From an uncultured Arcobacter sp. (GTDB taxonomy: Bacteria; Campylobacterota; Campylobacteria; Campylobacterales; Arcobacteraceae): 64,000 nt of DNA. The stretch spans positions 1,536,001 through 1,600,000 of the forward strand of contig OZ223300.1 of NCBI GenBank assembly GCA_965140705.1. The letters are read 5' to 3'. The position numbers and the translations under genes were made by a program. Below are positions 51,191-61,772 of this stretch, in pieces. Numbering within the stretch: the first letter of the stretch is position 1; every line of letters begins with the position of its first letter. The notes beneath the pieces were generated by a model. The model was not told where the DNA came from and ran no database searches. It worked only from the letters and a program-made list of their open reading frames with translations.

Positions 51191-53824
51191 TTATTTAAGG
51201 GGTATTTCAATAGTTACTTTAGTAAAAGTATTTTTATAGTTTTCAATATCTATTTTACCTTTTAAGTTTTGTGTTATGATTTTGTGTGTCATATATAATC
51301 CAAGACCCGTACCTTGTGATTTGTGTTTAGTCGTAAAATATGGTTCAAAAACTTTGTCTATAATTTTATTATCTATTCCTCCTGCATTATCTATTATTTC
51401 TATAACTGCAAGATTAATATCTTTTATATAAGTATTGATTTCAATATTTTTATTCTCAATATTATTCTCAATTAAGGCATCTTTTGCATTATTTAATATG
51501 TAAAGTAAAGATTGATTTAACTCATTTTCATTTGATATAATTTTTATATTACTGGTTAAATTATTAATCACTTTTATTTTATTTTCAAGAAAGTTATTAT
51601 TTAAGATATTTAAAGTTTGATTTATACATTCAGATAAATCAAACTTTTTAATAACTTTTTCTCCATTTAAATAATTCTGAAAATCATTAATTATTTTAGA
51701 TAAATATTGTGTTTTTTCTTCTATTTTATCTATTGTTTCAGAAAACATTTTTTCATCTAATTGATTATAGTCTTTTTGAATTTTTAATCCTGTGACTGCA
51801 GTAGAAATGAAACTAAGTGGTTGTCTCCATTGGTGTGCAATATTATTTAACATCTCACTTAAGCTTGCAATTTTTGATTGTTGTAATAAAAGTCTTTCTC
51901 TTTGTCTTATTTCAGTCATATCAATAATTGATAAGATAATTGTATTATTGTTTTCAAAAAGGATATTTTTAGATTTAAGCATAATTGGGAAACTTTTATT
52001 TTCAGAGTTTCTAGCATTTAATTCTATTGAGTTACTTCTTGATTTATTTATTAAAAAATCAATATCTTTATCTGAGATAAAGAGTTTTTCTATAGGAAAT
52101 TTCAGTAACTCTTCTTTTGTGTATTTAAACATATTAATGGCTTGATTATTTACAAAAATAATTTTATTATCTTTTAAAATAAAAATTCCATCGACTGTAA
52201 AATCAAGTAAACTTTTAAAACTTTCCAATGAAAGTTCAAGCTCTGATTTAATAATATTTAACTCTTTTTGATAAGTAGTTAATTGTCTATTTTTATATAT
52301 AATGATAAAAAATATAATTATTATTGGAATTAATATTTTCATCAAAAGTTCATAATCAAAAGGTTTAATTAACTTTAAATCAAGCCATTTATCATATATT
52401 TTCTCTTTTTCTTCTAGTTTTTGACTATCTAATGCTTTATTTATTATATCTTTTAAAATGACATAATCATCTCTTATCATTACTTGTAGATTGTAATCAA
52501 TATTTGTATCTCCTGATATTTTAAGATTATGTAAACTATTCATTTTAATATTATAAGCAAGTACAGGCATACTATCAACTGCTGCAAATGCTTTATTAGA
52601 GGAGACTAATTCTAGTCCTTGAGTTACATTATCAACAAAAACAAAATTTAAATAAGGATATTTTTCATGAAGTAATTTATAGGCAGTATAATTTCTTCCT
52701 ACTGCAATCTTTTTACCCTTTAAGGATTCAACATTTGGTATATAATTTTGATCTTTATTCGTAACAATTCCTATAGGAATTTTAAAATAGACTTTTGAAA
52801 AAATTCCATACTTTTCTCTATCTTTTGTTTTTGATGTAGTCACAATAACATCTTGGGTTTTATTTTTAATTTCATCTAAAGATTTGTAAAACTTGTCTTC
52901 AGTTTTATATTCAACTTTTAGATTTGTTTTTTTGACTATGTTATACCAGAAGTCAAAGCCTAATCCATAAGCTCTTCCATTATCAATAAAACTAATTGGT
53001 GCCCAATTAGTCGTAAAAGAGACTCTTATTATATGATTTTTTATAAACTCTTTTTCTTTTTTTGTTAAATATATTTGATCTTTATTTGATTCCCATTTAT
53101 TATTAAGATATTCAAGTTCATCAGGAGTAATGCTTTTTATTGCCTTATTTAATCTATCAACTAAATCTGGTCTATCTTTTCTTACTCCTAAATAAATATT
53201 CTCTTTATAACCTTTTATTTTAGGAATTATAGAAGCTTTTAGTGTATTTATATATTTAGTATTAATATAATATTTTGCTGTAAGGTTATATTGAACTGTA
53301 GCATCAATTTTTTGATTTTTTATATCTTCAAATATATCATCCAATGAATTATAATATCTAATGTTTATTTTTGAATAATTCTTTTCAATAAGGTTTGTAA
53401 TAGCCCAATTTTTAATCATACCAATTGTTTTATTATTTAATGATTTCATATCTTTTAGTTCGAGACTATTAGCATTAGTTACAATAGCTAATTTTTGTTT
53501 TAAAAATATATCTGTAAATAATAAGAAGTCTTCTCTATTTTTTTTATAAAAAACTCCAGTTAATACATCTATTTTTTTTGATTTTATTTTTTGAATATTT
53601 TTTGACCACTCATCAGGTAAAAATATAGGTGTAAAATTTCCTTTTTTTGCTAATAGGTTAATATAATCAAGAATATAACCCTTTGGTGTTTTATTATCGT
53701 AATAACTATAGGGAATCCAATTTAAATCAGAAGAGAAATATATATTATCTTTTTTAATATCTTTATCTATTGAATTTGCAAAAATATTAATAACAAAGAT
53801 AGAGACCAATAATAAATATTTCAT
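51191..53824 (-). CDS. Sensor histidine kinase with two periplasmic SBP_bac_3 domains and PAS
   Basis: NWIPYSY and NWAPISF repeats, TM segment, [16 protein letters not shown]. Confidence 0.9.
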   Translation of the reverse strand: MKYLLLVSIFVINIFANSIDKDIKKDNIYFSSDLNWIPYSYYDNKTPKGYILDYINLLAKKGNFTPIFLPDEWSKNIQKIKSKKIDVLTGVFYKKNREDFLLFTDIFLKQKLAIVTNANSLELKDMKSLNNKTIGMIKNWAITNLIEKNYSKINIRYYNSLDDIFEDIKNQKIDATVQYNLTAKYYINTKYINTLKASIIPKIKGYKENIYLGVRKDRPDLVDRLNKAIKSITPDELEYLNNKWESNKDQIYLTKKEKEFIKNHIIRVSFTTNWAPISFIDNGRAYGLGFDFWYNIVKKTNLKVEYKTEDKFYKSLDEIKNKTQDVIVTTSKTKDREKYGIFSKVYFKIPIGIVTNKDQNYIPNVESLKGKKIAVGRNYTAYKLLHEKYPYLNFVFVDNVTQGLELVSSNKAFAAVDSMPVLAYNIKMNSLHNLKISGDTNIDYNLQVMIRDDYVILKDIINKALDSQKLEEKEKIYDKWLDLKLIKPFDYELLMKILIPIIIIFFIIIYKNRQLTTYQKELNIIKSELELSLESFKSLLDFTVDGIFILKDNKIIFVNNQAINMFKYTKEELLKFPIEKLFISDKDIDFLINKSRSNSIELNARNSENKSFPIMLKSKNILFENNNTIILSIIDMTEIRQRERLLLQQSKIASLSEMLNNIAHQWRQPLSFISTAVTGLKIQKDYNQLDEKMFSETIDKIEEKTQYLSKIINDFQNYLNGEKVIKKFDLSECINQTLNILNNNFLENKIKVINNLTSNIKIISNENELNQSLLYILNNAKDALIENNIENKNIEINTYIKDINLAVIEIIDNAGGIDNKIIDKVFEPYFTTKHKSQGTGLGLYMTHKIITQNLKGKIDIENYKNTFTKVTIEIPLK

Positions 53825-53934
53825 AATAAAGTCTTTTATTGATTTTTATTCTATTTATTGTAACAATAAAATATAAAATAGAACTAAATAATTATTATTT
53901 AGTTCTAATATTAAAGCAAGGAGAGTTCCTAACT

Positions 53935-55059
53935 TTATTTAAACCACTTTCTCACTTTATCAAACATACTTTCAAAGTTTGATTCATGAGGTTTACTTTC
54001 TATTCCAAAACTTTCTTGTAATTTTTCTAATAGTTCTTTTTGTTCTTCTGTAATACTCTTTGGATATTTTATTTTTACTTGTACTATTAAGTCACCTTTT
54101 CCATACCCTTGAACAGACTTAATTCCTTCACCTTTGAATTTGAATTGTTCTTTGTCTTTAGTACCCATTGGAATATCAAGTGATAATTTTCCTCTTAATC
54201 CAGGAATTGTAATATTATCACCAAGTGCAACTTGTGTAAAGAATAATGGAACTTCAATATAAATATCATCATCATGTCTTATAAAATGAGGATCTTCTTT
54301 TACATTAATTTGTAAATATAAATCTCCTCTTGTCCCATCAGGGGCTATATTCCCTTTATTTGATACTCTAATTCTATTTCCATCATTTACACCTTCTGGA
54401 ATATCAACACTAAATTTTTCTTCTTTTGTTTCATATCCAGTTCCAGAACATTTTTTACATTTTTTAGCTATTGATTCTCCTGTTCCATTACAAGTAGGAC
54501 ATGTTTGTGCAAATGTCATAAAACCTTGTCTTGTATGAACTTGCCCTTGACCAGCACATGTTTTACAAGTAGATAATTTACCATCTTCTGCACCGGTACC
54601 TTTACAAGCATTACAGGCAGTTTTATATTTATATACAACTTCTTTTTTGGCACCAAAAGCAGCTTCATTAAACTCAACTTTTAATTCAACACCAATATCT
54701 AAATTATAGTTATATGTTTTTCGCTGTCGTCTTCTTTGACTACCGCCAAAACCTGACTGACCAAACATCTCTTCAAAAATAGAACTAAGATCGTCAAAAC
54801 CACCACTAAATCCACCTCTACTTTGTCCATGTCCTTCTAAACCAGCTTTTCCATATCTATCATATAAAGCTCTTTTTTCTTCATCACTTAAAACTTGATA
54901 AGCTTCATTTATTGCTTTAAATCTCTCTTCTGCATCTTTATCATCAGGGTTTTTATCAGGATGGTATTTCATTGCCATTTGTCTATAAGCTTTTTTTATC
55001 GTACTTTTATCAGCGCTTTTTGTCACTTCTAATAATTCATAATAATCTATGTCTAACAA
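53935..55059 (-). CDS. dnaJ: Chaperone DnaJ
   Basis: HPD motif, G/F-rich region, four CxxCxGxG repeats; likely TTG start at 55059 after GAGGAG. Confidence 0.96.
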   Translation of the reverse strand: MLDIDYYELLEVTKSADKSTIKKAYRQMAMKYHPDKNPDDKDAEERFKAINEAYQVLSDEEKRALYDRYGKAGLEGHGQSRGGFSGGFDDLSSIFEEMFGQSGFGGSQRRRQRKTYNYNLDIGVELKVEFNEAAFGAKKEVVYKYKTACNACKGTGAEDGKLSTCKTCAGQGQVHTRQGFMTFAQTCPTCNGTGESIAKKCKKCSGTGYETKEEKFSVDIPEGVNDGNRIRVSNKGNIAPDGTRGDLYLQINVKEDPHFIRHDDDIYIEVPLFFTQVALGDNITIPGLRGKLSLDIPMGTKDKEQFKFKGEGIKSVQGYGKGDLIVQVKIKYPKSITEEQKELLEKLQESFGIESKPHESNFESMFDKVRKWFK

Positions 55060-55135
55060 AGTATTTCTCCTCAAATTATTTTAAAAACTTCGCGATTTTA
55101 TCTAATTAATTATAAATCTTTGATATAATCGCCAA

Positions 55136-55708
55136 ATGAAACTTGGATTAAATAAATTTTATGACTTAGTAGAGGCATTTGAAAACTTGCCAACAATTGG
55201 TAAAAAATCAGCACAAAGACTAGCTTATCATATTATTATGAATGATAATTATTGTGGGATTAAAATTGCACATAGTATTGAAAATGCTCTAAAGTCAATA
55301 AGAAAATGCTCGAAATGTGGGTGCATGAGTGAACATGAAATATGTGAAATTTGTTTAGATGATGAAAGAGAATCTAGTTTTATCTGTGTTGTTCAATCGG
55401 CAAAAGACATTTTTACAATTGAAGAATCAAAGCAATTTAATGGAAAATATTTTGTTATATCTCATTTAGATGAAATAGTATTAGACCAATTTATTACATA
55501 TATTAAAACAAATAAAGTTAAAGATATTCTTTTTGCAATATCTCCTTCATTATCCAATGATGCTTTTATTTTATTTATTGAAGATAAATTAAAAGAGTTT
55601 GATATAAATTTTACAAAAATAGCACAAGGTGTCCCTACCGGGGTTAGTTTAGAAAATGTTGATATCTTATCATTAGCAAAAGCAATTCAAAGTAAAGTGT
55701 TGATTTAA
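55136..55708 (+). CDS. recR: Recombination mediator RecR
   Basis: LPTIGKKSAQRLA, C4 zinc finger, Toprim domain, KIAQGVPTG. Confidence 0.95.
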   Translation: MKLGLNKFYDLVEAFENLPTIGKKSAQRLAYHIIMNDNYCGIKIAHSIENALKSIRKCSKCGCMSEHEICEICLDDERESSFICVVQSAKDIFTIEESKQFNGKYFVISHLDEIVLDQFITYIKTNKVKDILFAISPSLSNDAFILFIEDKLKEFDINFTKIAQGVPTGVSLENVDILSLAKAIQSKVLI

Positions 55709-55709
55709 A

Positions 55710-55886
55710 ATGGAAGAACGAATTATTTGTCAAAAATGTGTATACTATTATGTTACATGGCAAGGTGGTAGAGCACATGGTTGTAAAGCATATGGCTTTA
55801 AATCTCAAACTTTACCAAGTGTAGTAGTAAAAAATTCTAGTAGATTAGACTGTAAATTTTATCAAAAAAAACCAAATACTAAATAG
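55710..55886 (+). CDS. Small Cys4 protein (58 aa), absent from the ORF track
   Basis: MEERIICQKCVYYYVTWQGGRAHGCKAYGFKSQTLPSVVVKNSSRLDCKFYQKKPNTK*; starts 1 nt after the recR stop and fills the gap. Confidence 0.8.
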   Translation: MEERIICQKCVYYYVTWQGGRAHGCKAYGFKSQTLPSVVVKNSSRLDCKFYQKKPNTK

Positions 55887-55895
55887 GAAGTTTTA

Positions 55896-57350
55896 TTGTC
55901 ATTTAAAGAACATATCTCACATTTAGAGATAAATAAAATAAAGATTTTTAGACATATACTTGCTAATGAAGAAATTTCAAAGACTCTTAATAACTATGGA
56001 ATTGATGTTGATGATTTTATAAAAAATTTTTTATCTAAAACTTTTGAAAATATTATTTTTAATCTAAAAGATGAAAATAACAATAATCTCTCTTTCCTTT
56101 CTAATTTTAAATTTACTAAAAGTGATTATTTTTTAGTATTAAGAAGTTTTAAAAACTCCATATATATACATATGAAAAATAAAAAACTTGATGATTATAT
56201 TTTTAGAAAAAAAATAGATGAAATATTCGATTTTTTATATATTTATTTACTTAAAGATGATGATAAAACTAAGAGGGTAGAGGTAGTAAAAGTAGAAGAT
56301 AATCAAAGAATAGATTACTTGTTATCCCTTTTAGATGAAAACCTTCCTTTGATTGATATTTCATTTGATGGAAAAGTATTAAATTCAAGTAAAAGCTTTG
56401 ATGAGCTCTTTTTATTAGATAAGAAGAAAAATTTAGATTTTAATATTCTAGATTTAATTATATATAAAAAGAATGCACAAGCATTTTTAAAAGAGATTTT
56501 AGGAACTGATACTTTTAGCACTGAAATAGAAGTACAAAGATTTGATAAAACAGTTTTTTGGGTAAATATAAAATCTGAAAAAAAAGAAGATACAATTACA
56601 CTTATTTTTAAAGATATAACTTACAAGAAAAACTTAGAAAAACAAAAGAAAGCCTTTTTGGATCAATCAAAAACAGCAGCTATGGGTGAACTAATCGCTA
56701 TGATAGCCCATCAATGGAGACAACCACTACAAACAGTTTCCATATTGGCACAAAAATTGATTCTAACAAAAGCAACAGAAGGTCAGGTTGAGTATGAAAT
56801 ATTGGAAAAATCAGTTAATGATATAAATCAACAAGTATCTTATATGTCAAAAACAATTGATGATTTTAGAAACTTCTTTAAACCAGAAAGTAGTAGTATC
56901 ATTTCAAAACCTAGTGCTATTATAGAAAAGGCAATAAGATTCTTACATTATATATTAACTATTAATAATATTGATTTTGAATTAGATATAAAAAAAGATT
57001 ATGAAGTTAATATACTTGAAAATAATCTAATTCAAGTAATAATTAATATTATTAAGAATTCTATTGATGTACTTTTAGAAAGAGATATACCGTCAAAAAA
57101 AATAACAATTAGATGTGATTTTAACGAAAATTATGTAATAATTGAAATCGAAGATAATGCAGGCGGAATACCTGAAGAAAATCTAAAAAAAGTTTTTGAT
57201 TCATATTTTACAACTAAAAATGATGATAAAGGTACCGGTCTTGGATTATATATGAGTAAAATTATTATTGAAGATCATAGCTTAGGAAAACTAAGTGTTA
57301 CTAATGGTACAGATGGGGCATTATTTAAAATTGAATTACCAAAGGAATAG
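55896..57350 (+). CDS. Soluble PAS-domain sensor histidine kinase
   Basis: No obvious TM segment, PAS-like [26 protein letters not shown]. Confidence 0.88.
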   Translation: MSFKEHISHLEINKIKIFRHILANEEISKTLNNYGIDVDDFIKNFLSKTFENIIFNLKDENNNNLSFLSNFKFTKSDYFLVLRSFKNSIYIHMKNKKLDDYIFRKKIDEIFDFLYIYLLKDDDKTKRVEVVKVEDNQRIDYLLSLLDENLPLIDISFDGKVLNSSKSFDELFLLDKKKNLDFNILDLIIYKKNAQAFLKEILGTDTFSTEIEVQRFDKTVFWVNIKSEKKEDTITLIFKDITYKKNLEKQKKAFLDQSKTAAMGELIAMIAHQWRQPLQTVSILAQKLILTKATEGQVEYEILEKSVNDINQQVSYMSKTIDDFRNFFKPESSSIISKPSAIIEKAIRFLHYILTINNIDFELDIKKDYEVNILENNLIQVIINIIKNSIDVLLERDIPSKKITIRCDFNENYVIIEIEDNAGGIPEENLKKVFDSYFTTKNDDKGTGLGLYMSKIIIEDHSLGKLSVTNGTDGALFKIELPKE

Positions 57351-57359
57351 GAGTTAATA

Positions 57360-58280
57360 TTGTTATATGAGGATTTAAAAATTGCTACAAAATCTTTAGG
57401 GTTTTATACTATTGAAGATTTTGCAAAATATATAGGTGTTACAACATCAGAAATTTTAAAATGGGAAGAAAAAGATGAAGTACCTTATACTATCTCTTTT
57501 ATTGTTCATTTATTAAAAGGTGAAGAAAAACTACCAGAAAATAGTAGTTTAGATACTTTGATAGAAGAGTGTTTACCACTTGCAACACTATTAGAAGAAG
57601 CATCTAGTTTTCCACATAAATTAGAAGAGATGTTTTTATTACAAAAAGAGTTAAATGATTCTACAAATGGTAAAAACTGGGAATTAGGAACTAATAAATT
57701 TGGTAAAGAGATTAATTGGTTAAGATGTATTCATATGGAAGTTTCTGAATTAATTGAATCAACTCCTTGGAAGCACTGGAAAAATATCAATGCAGCACCT
57801 GATATGAATAATATTCATGTAGAGCTAGTAGATATTTGGCATTTTTTGATGTCTTATATCTTGCAAGAAACAAATATTCCAAAAGCAGTATCATTGGTAA
57901 ATACACATTGTATTTATGAAGCAAATAGTGAAGTAGATGTAAAACTTATGGTAAAAGAATCTGAAAAACTTTCTTATATCTCTTTAGCTATTCAAACTGG
58001 TAATATGCCATCTTTTTCTGGAATTGAGAGATTTATCGATCAATATTTTAGATGTTGTAAAATCTCTGGATTATCATTTACTTGGTTACAAAAACTTTAT
58101 ATTGGTAAAAACTGTTTAAATAAATTTAGACAAGACAATGGTTATAAAGAAGGAACATATATCAAAGAATGGAATGGGAAAGAAGATAATGTAGTTATGG
58201 TATCAATATTAGAAGAGTATGAAAATATTGATTTTAACCTTTTATATACAAAACTAACAGAAGCTTATTCAAAACTGTAA
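57360..58280 (+). CDS. dut: Dimeric (all-alpha) dUTPase with N-terminal HTH-like extension
   Basis: MFLLQKELN, CIHMEVSELIESTPWKHWK, VELVDIWHF, YIGKNCLNKFRQDNGYKEGTY...EDN. Confidence 0.88.
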   Translation: MLYEDLKIATKSLGFYTIEDFAKYIGVTTSEILKWEEKDEVPYTISFIVHLLKGEEKLPENSSLDTLIEECLPLATLLEEASSFPHKLEEMFLLQKELNDSTNGKNWELGTNKFGKEINWLRCIHMEVSELIESTPWKHWKNINAAPDMNNIHVELVDIWHFLMSYILQETNIPKAVSLVNTHCIYEANSEVDVKLMVKESEKLSYISLAIQTGNMPSFSGIERFIDQYFRCCKISGLSFTWLQKLYIGKNCLNKFRQDNGYKEGTYIKEWNGKEDNVVMVSILEEYENIDFNLLYTKLTEAYSKL

Positions 58281-58300
58281 AGAGATTTTCTCTTTACAGT
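58274..58300. terminator. Hairpin after dUTPase
   Basis: ACTGTAAAGAGA-TTT-TCTCTTTACAGT, perfect 12-bp stem. Confidence 0.65.
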
Positions 58301-58312
58301 AAAAAGTAAATA

Positions 58313-59002
58313 ATGATTAAATCAAAAGAATTTAAAACAGCCCTTAAAGTATCAATTCCTGTTATGATGGGATATTGTGTACTTGGTTTTGCCTTTGGCT
58401 TATTAATTACTAGTTTAGATTATCCTTGGTATTTTGCACTTTTAATGTCCGTATTTATTTATGCAGGGGCATTACAATTTTTAGCCATTGGTTTTTTTAG
58501 TTCAAAACTTGGCTTGCTTGATATTTTTATTACTTCTATATTTGTAAATATAAGACAATCTTTTTATGGCTTATCAATGCTTAAAAAGTTTAAAAAATCT
58601 GGAAAGCTCAAACCTTATTTAATTTTTGGACTTACCGATGAAACTTACGCCTTACTTACTAGTATAAAAGATGATGAACAATTAAAGAAAAAATATTATT
58701 ACTTTTATTTGTGTGGTCTTAATCAATCTTATTGGGTAATAGGGACACTTTTAGGAGCTATTTTTGGAACAAATATATCTTTTGACACAAAAGGTTTAGA
58801 CTTTTCATTAACAGCACTATTTGTTATATTAGCAATTGAGCAATATAAAACAAATAAAAATATTACACCTTTTGTAATTGGAGCTGTTACTTCTATTTTG
58901 GCAATTATTCTAGTACCAATAAATAATATGCTTATATTTGCTATTGTTTGTTCTTTATTAGGAATGTTTATTCTTAGAAAAAGGCTAAATAATGACTCAT
59001 AA
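58313..59002 (+). CDS. azlC: AzlC family branched-chain amino acid exporter
   Basis: FIYAGALQF, VNIRQSFYGLS, LTDETYA, FSLTALF. Confidence 0.9.
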   Translation: MIKSKEFKTALKVSIPVMMGYCVLGFAFGLLITSLDYPWYFALLMSVFIYAGALQFLAIGFFSSKLGLLDIFITSIFVNIRQSFYGLSMLKKFKKSGKLKPYLIFGLTDETYALLTSIKDDEQLKKKYYYFYLCGLNQSYWVIGTLLGAIFGTNISFDTKGLDFSLTALFVILAIEQYKTNKNITPFVIGAVTSILAIILVPINNMLIFAIVCSLLGMFILRKRLNNDS

Positions 59003-59318
59003 TGAAATATATTTAGCAATAGCAGTAATGGCAATAGCAAACTATATTACAAGAGTATTCCCTTTTCTGTTTTTTGTAAAACATGAACCACCAGCTTGGG
59101 TTGTATTTATTGAGAAAAACTTTCCTCCAATTATTATGACTATATTAATATTTTATACACTAACAAGCATAGATTTTAAAGCTGCTCCCTATGGACTAAA
59201 AGAATTTCTAGCTATAGGATTTACAGTATTTTTACATCTAAAATTTAATAATTATTTAGTATCAATTATATTAGGGACTCTTTTTTATATGGGACTTGTG
59301 CAGTTTCTTGCCTTTTAA
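58992..59318 (+). CDS. azlD: AzlD family protein
   Basis: TRVFPF, PPIIM, SIILGT; overlaps azlC. Confidence 0.88.
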   Translation: MTHNEIYLAIAVMAIANYITRVFPFLFFVKHEPPAWVVFIEKNFPPIIMTILIFYTLTSIDFKAAPYGLKEFLAIGFTVFLHLKFNNYLVSIILGTLFYMGLVQFLAF

Positions 59319-60547
59319 GGTACTAATAAAACTGCACTATTGCACAAATCATCACTTTCAAATTTTGTAATATCTCCAGCTTTTAATCCTGGAACTGGAA
59401 ATAATCTTACAGTTAGTGGTTTATTTAATCTAAAAGCCATAGTACCAGTATCCCTACAAATATCAGCAATCTTTTCAATGCTAGTATCACCAACAATTGG
59501 AACAGTATCAAGTCCAATTCCACAAACAGAAGAGTATGTAAGAAGTGAACGTATTTCAAATTCATTGTTTTTTGTAGCAAGGGCTAACCCTTCATCTTCT
59601 ACAACTGCTAACATAAGTCCAGAGAAACCTATAAGTTCACAGCCTTTTTGAGACTTGAATACTTTTGTTAAAAGTGCTGATGCTTCAATCGTACCAGAAG
59701 CTCCGAAGTAGGGCACACCAAGAAGTTTATAAACATCTACCATCGAAGAGCAGTTTTTAGAAGGTGCTGCTGATGTATCAATTCCTGCAAATTTTCTTTT
59801 AAACTTGTGTTTAAAACTGTTTACTATATTTAAAACATCATTTATATGGTATTGTAAAGAGTTACTCATAATCTCATAGGAAGCTTTCCATTTTATATTA
59901 TGGTCTTTTTCTTCAGGCAGACTTTTTAAAGCCTCCACAAGTAAATCAGGAGTTTCTAATCCTAATGCAAAACAATCTTCATCACTACTATTATGATATG
60001 AAGCTGGGAAGTAGGGAATTAATGGTTTACAATTATAGTTAATAGTAAAGTTAAAATTACCCTCACCATTTGGTGTTATTTTAGATATTTCTTTAATTAC
60101 TTTTGCACATTCTAAGGTTTTAGAGGCATTTGGAACTCCCAATTCATCAACTTCTACATTAACACATACATTACACAAATCTCCAAATTTTTGTACTAAT
60201 ATTGGTAACATTTCTATTTCTTCTGAAGTTTTTGCTTCACCTATGGCAAATCGTATTCTAATATCTGGCATAGAATCACTCTTTAGTAAATCAGATAAAT
60301 ATTGCATGTCTTTTATGGCATTTTCTAAAGTTGATGTATCAAGATACTCTCCAAAAGCATTGGTAACTATTCTTATACTTTGAACTGTGTATCCATTTTG
60401 ATTAAACTCTTTTGATAAATCTCCACCAAACAAAGAAGCTTCTTTGATTTTATCTTCCCAAGTGGATTTGTCTTTTGTAAGAGTTAAAAAAGAAGTAATA
60501 GTTCTTATTTTGCATAAGTCTTTGTTTTTTAAATTTTTACTTATCAT
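59315..60547 (-). CDS. DUF711 (UPF0210-related) family protein
   Basis: KIRTIT, VQSIRI, PYFPASY, GIDTSAAP, GFSGLMLAVVED, YSSVCGIGLDTVP, KPLTVRLFPVPG. Confidence 0.85.
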   Translation of the reverse strand: MISKNLKNKDLCKIRTITSFLTLTKDKSTWEDKIKEASLFGGDLSKEFNQNGYTVQSIRIVTNAFGEYLDTSTLENAIKDMQYLSDLLKSDSMPDIRIRFAIGEAKTSEEIEMLPILVQKFGDLCNVCVNVEVDELGVPNASKTLECAKVIKEISKITPNGEGNFNFTINYNCKPLIPYFPASYHNSSDEDCFALGLETPDLLVEALKSLPEEKDHNIKWKASYEIMSNSLQYHINDVLNIVNSFKHKFKRKFAGIDTSAAPSKNCSSMVDVYKLLGVPYFGASGTIEASALLTKVFKSQKGCELIGFSGLMLAVVEDEGLALATKNNEFEIRSLLTYSSVCGIGLDTVPIVGDTSIEKIADICRDTGTMAFRLNKPLTVRLFPVPGLKAGDITKFESDDLCNSAVLLVP

Positions 60548-61113
60548 TATTTTCCCAAAACTCTTTTTGAAGTATTAAAGACCATCTCATAGTATCTATT
60601 ATTGTTAAATTCAAACTCTTGAATAACATCAAGTCCTAATTTTCTTTTATGGGCTGCATAAGAACGCTCATTGATTACATTTACAAAAGTTACTAAAATA
60701 GGGTATCTTTTAGACATAGATTCTAAGGCAAAATCAAAAAGCTTTTCAAGTAATCCACTTCCTCTTACACTTTTATCAATACAAACAGGTCCATATTGGT
60801 AAGAATTATCCACTGTTAAAGTTTGTCCTAAATAGTTAAGTTTTGGTAAGTCTTTTATCATATGAACAAACATTGGCCATTTTGACCAAAACTGCCAAGA
60901 AGCTGACATAACATATCCTAAAACTCTATCTTCTTCAACTGCTATAAATATTCCTTGTTCTTCTTCAATAATTGCTGTAAGTTCTTCTTTTGAAAATCCT
61001 GTAGTTACAAATCCATCTTTTTTATCTTCTTCAGCTATAGTTGCTAATTGGTATTTTGCATGTAGTTTTAATATATTATCTATATCTTTAAGTTCTGCGA
61101 TTTTTAATTGCAT
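60547..61113 (-). CDS. GNAT family N-acetyltransferase
   Basis: YQYGPVCIDKSVRGSGL, NERSYAAH...LG; likely ATG 61113 with GGAG RBS. Confidence 0.85.
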   Translation of the reverse strand: MQLKIAELKDIDNILKLHAKYQLATIAEEDKKDGFVTTGFSKEELTAIIEEEQGIFIAVEEDRVLGYVMSASWQFWSKWPMFVHMIKDLPKLNYLGQTLTVDNSYQYGPVCIDKSVRGSGLLEKLFDFALESMSKRYPILVTFVNVINERSYAAHKRKLGLDVIQEFEFNNNRYYEMVFNTSKRVLGK

Positions 61114-61167
61114 TTTTTTCTCCGTAAAATTAATAGTGAAAGTATACAATCAAAAAAAAATATTTTC

Positions 61168-61183
61168 ATTAACCTATGTTAAT
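61168..61183. promoter_or_regulatory. Crp/Fnr-type palindrome ATTAAC-N4-GTTAAT upstream of GNAT-DUF711
   Basis: Perfect 6-bp arms; centred about -41.5 relative to the TATACT -10 at 61141-61146 (minus strand). Confidence 0.65.
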
Positions 61184-61772
61184 TTTTCATCTCTTTTCTA
61201 ATTCTTGATAAAGCAACATCTGTAATACCCAAATAAGAAGCAATGTGATAGTTTGGAACAGCATCTTCAATCATAGAATAATCATTCAAAAACTTTTCAT
61301 AACGCTCTCTTGCACTTAAAAGTAGAAAATCAGCCTCACGTCTCTCTTTTTTGATTACAAGATTTTCGTATATTCTTAAAAGTAAATCATTCCATTGTTT
61401 ATATTGCATACCTAAGTCTAAAAGCTTTTTATAGGGGATGTGTAAAGTTATAAAGTCACTAAGAACTTCCACACTAAAAGGGGAGGGGATTCCTTGTGAT
61501 ACTGAAGAAATACTACTTAATAGATGTCCTTGTTTTTCTGCAAAAGATTTGTTAAACTCTTTACCATCTTCTGTTAGATAATAATATCTAGCTAATCCAG
61601 CAATAAGAAAATAAAAATCATCAATATGATCACCTATATAAAAAAGATGATCACCTTTTTTTAGTTTTTTAGTTTTAAAATATTTTTTTGATATTTCCCA
61701 ATTTTCAGGTGATAAAGGAGATATATTATTTAATATTGGGTATAAAATATCAAATTGTTCATTTATATTCAT
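61179..61772 (-). CDS. Crp/Fnr family transcriptional regulator
   Basis: cNMP-like domain (GLARYYYLTEDGKE) and HTH (IASYLGITDVALSRIR); likely ATG 61772. Confidence 0.9.
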   Translation of the reverse strand: MNINEQFDILYPILNNISPLSPENWEISKKYFKTKKLKKGDHLFYIGDHIDDFYFLIAGLARYYYLTEDGKEFNKSFAEKQGHLLSSISSVSQGIPSPFSVEVLSDFITLHIPYKKLLDLGMQYKQWNDLLLRIYENLVIKKERREADFLLLSARERYEKFLNDYSMIEDAVPNYHIASYLGITDVALSRIRKEMKN

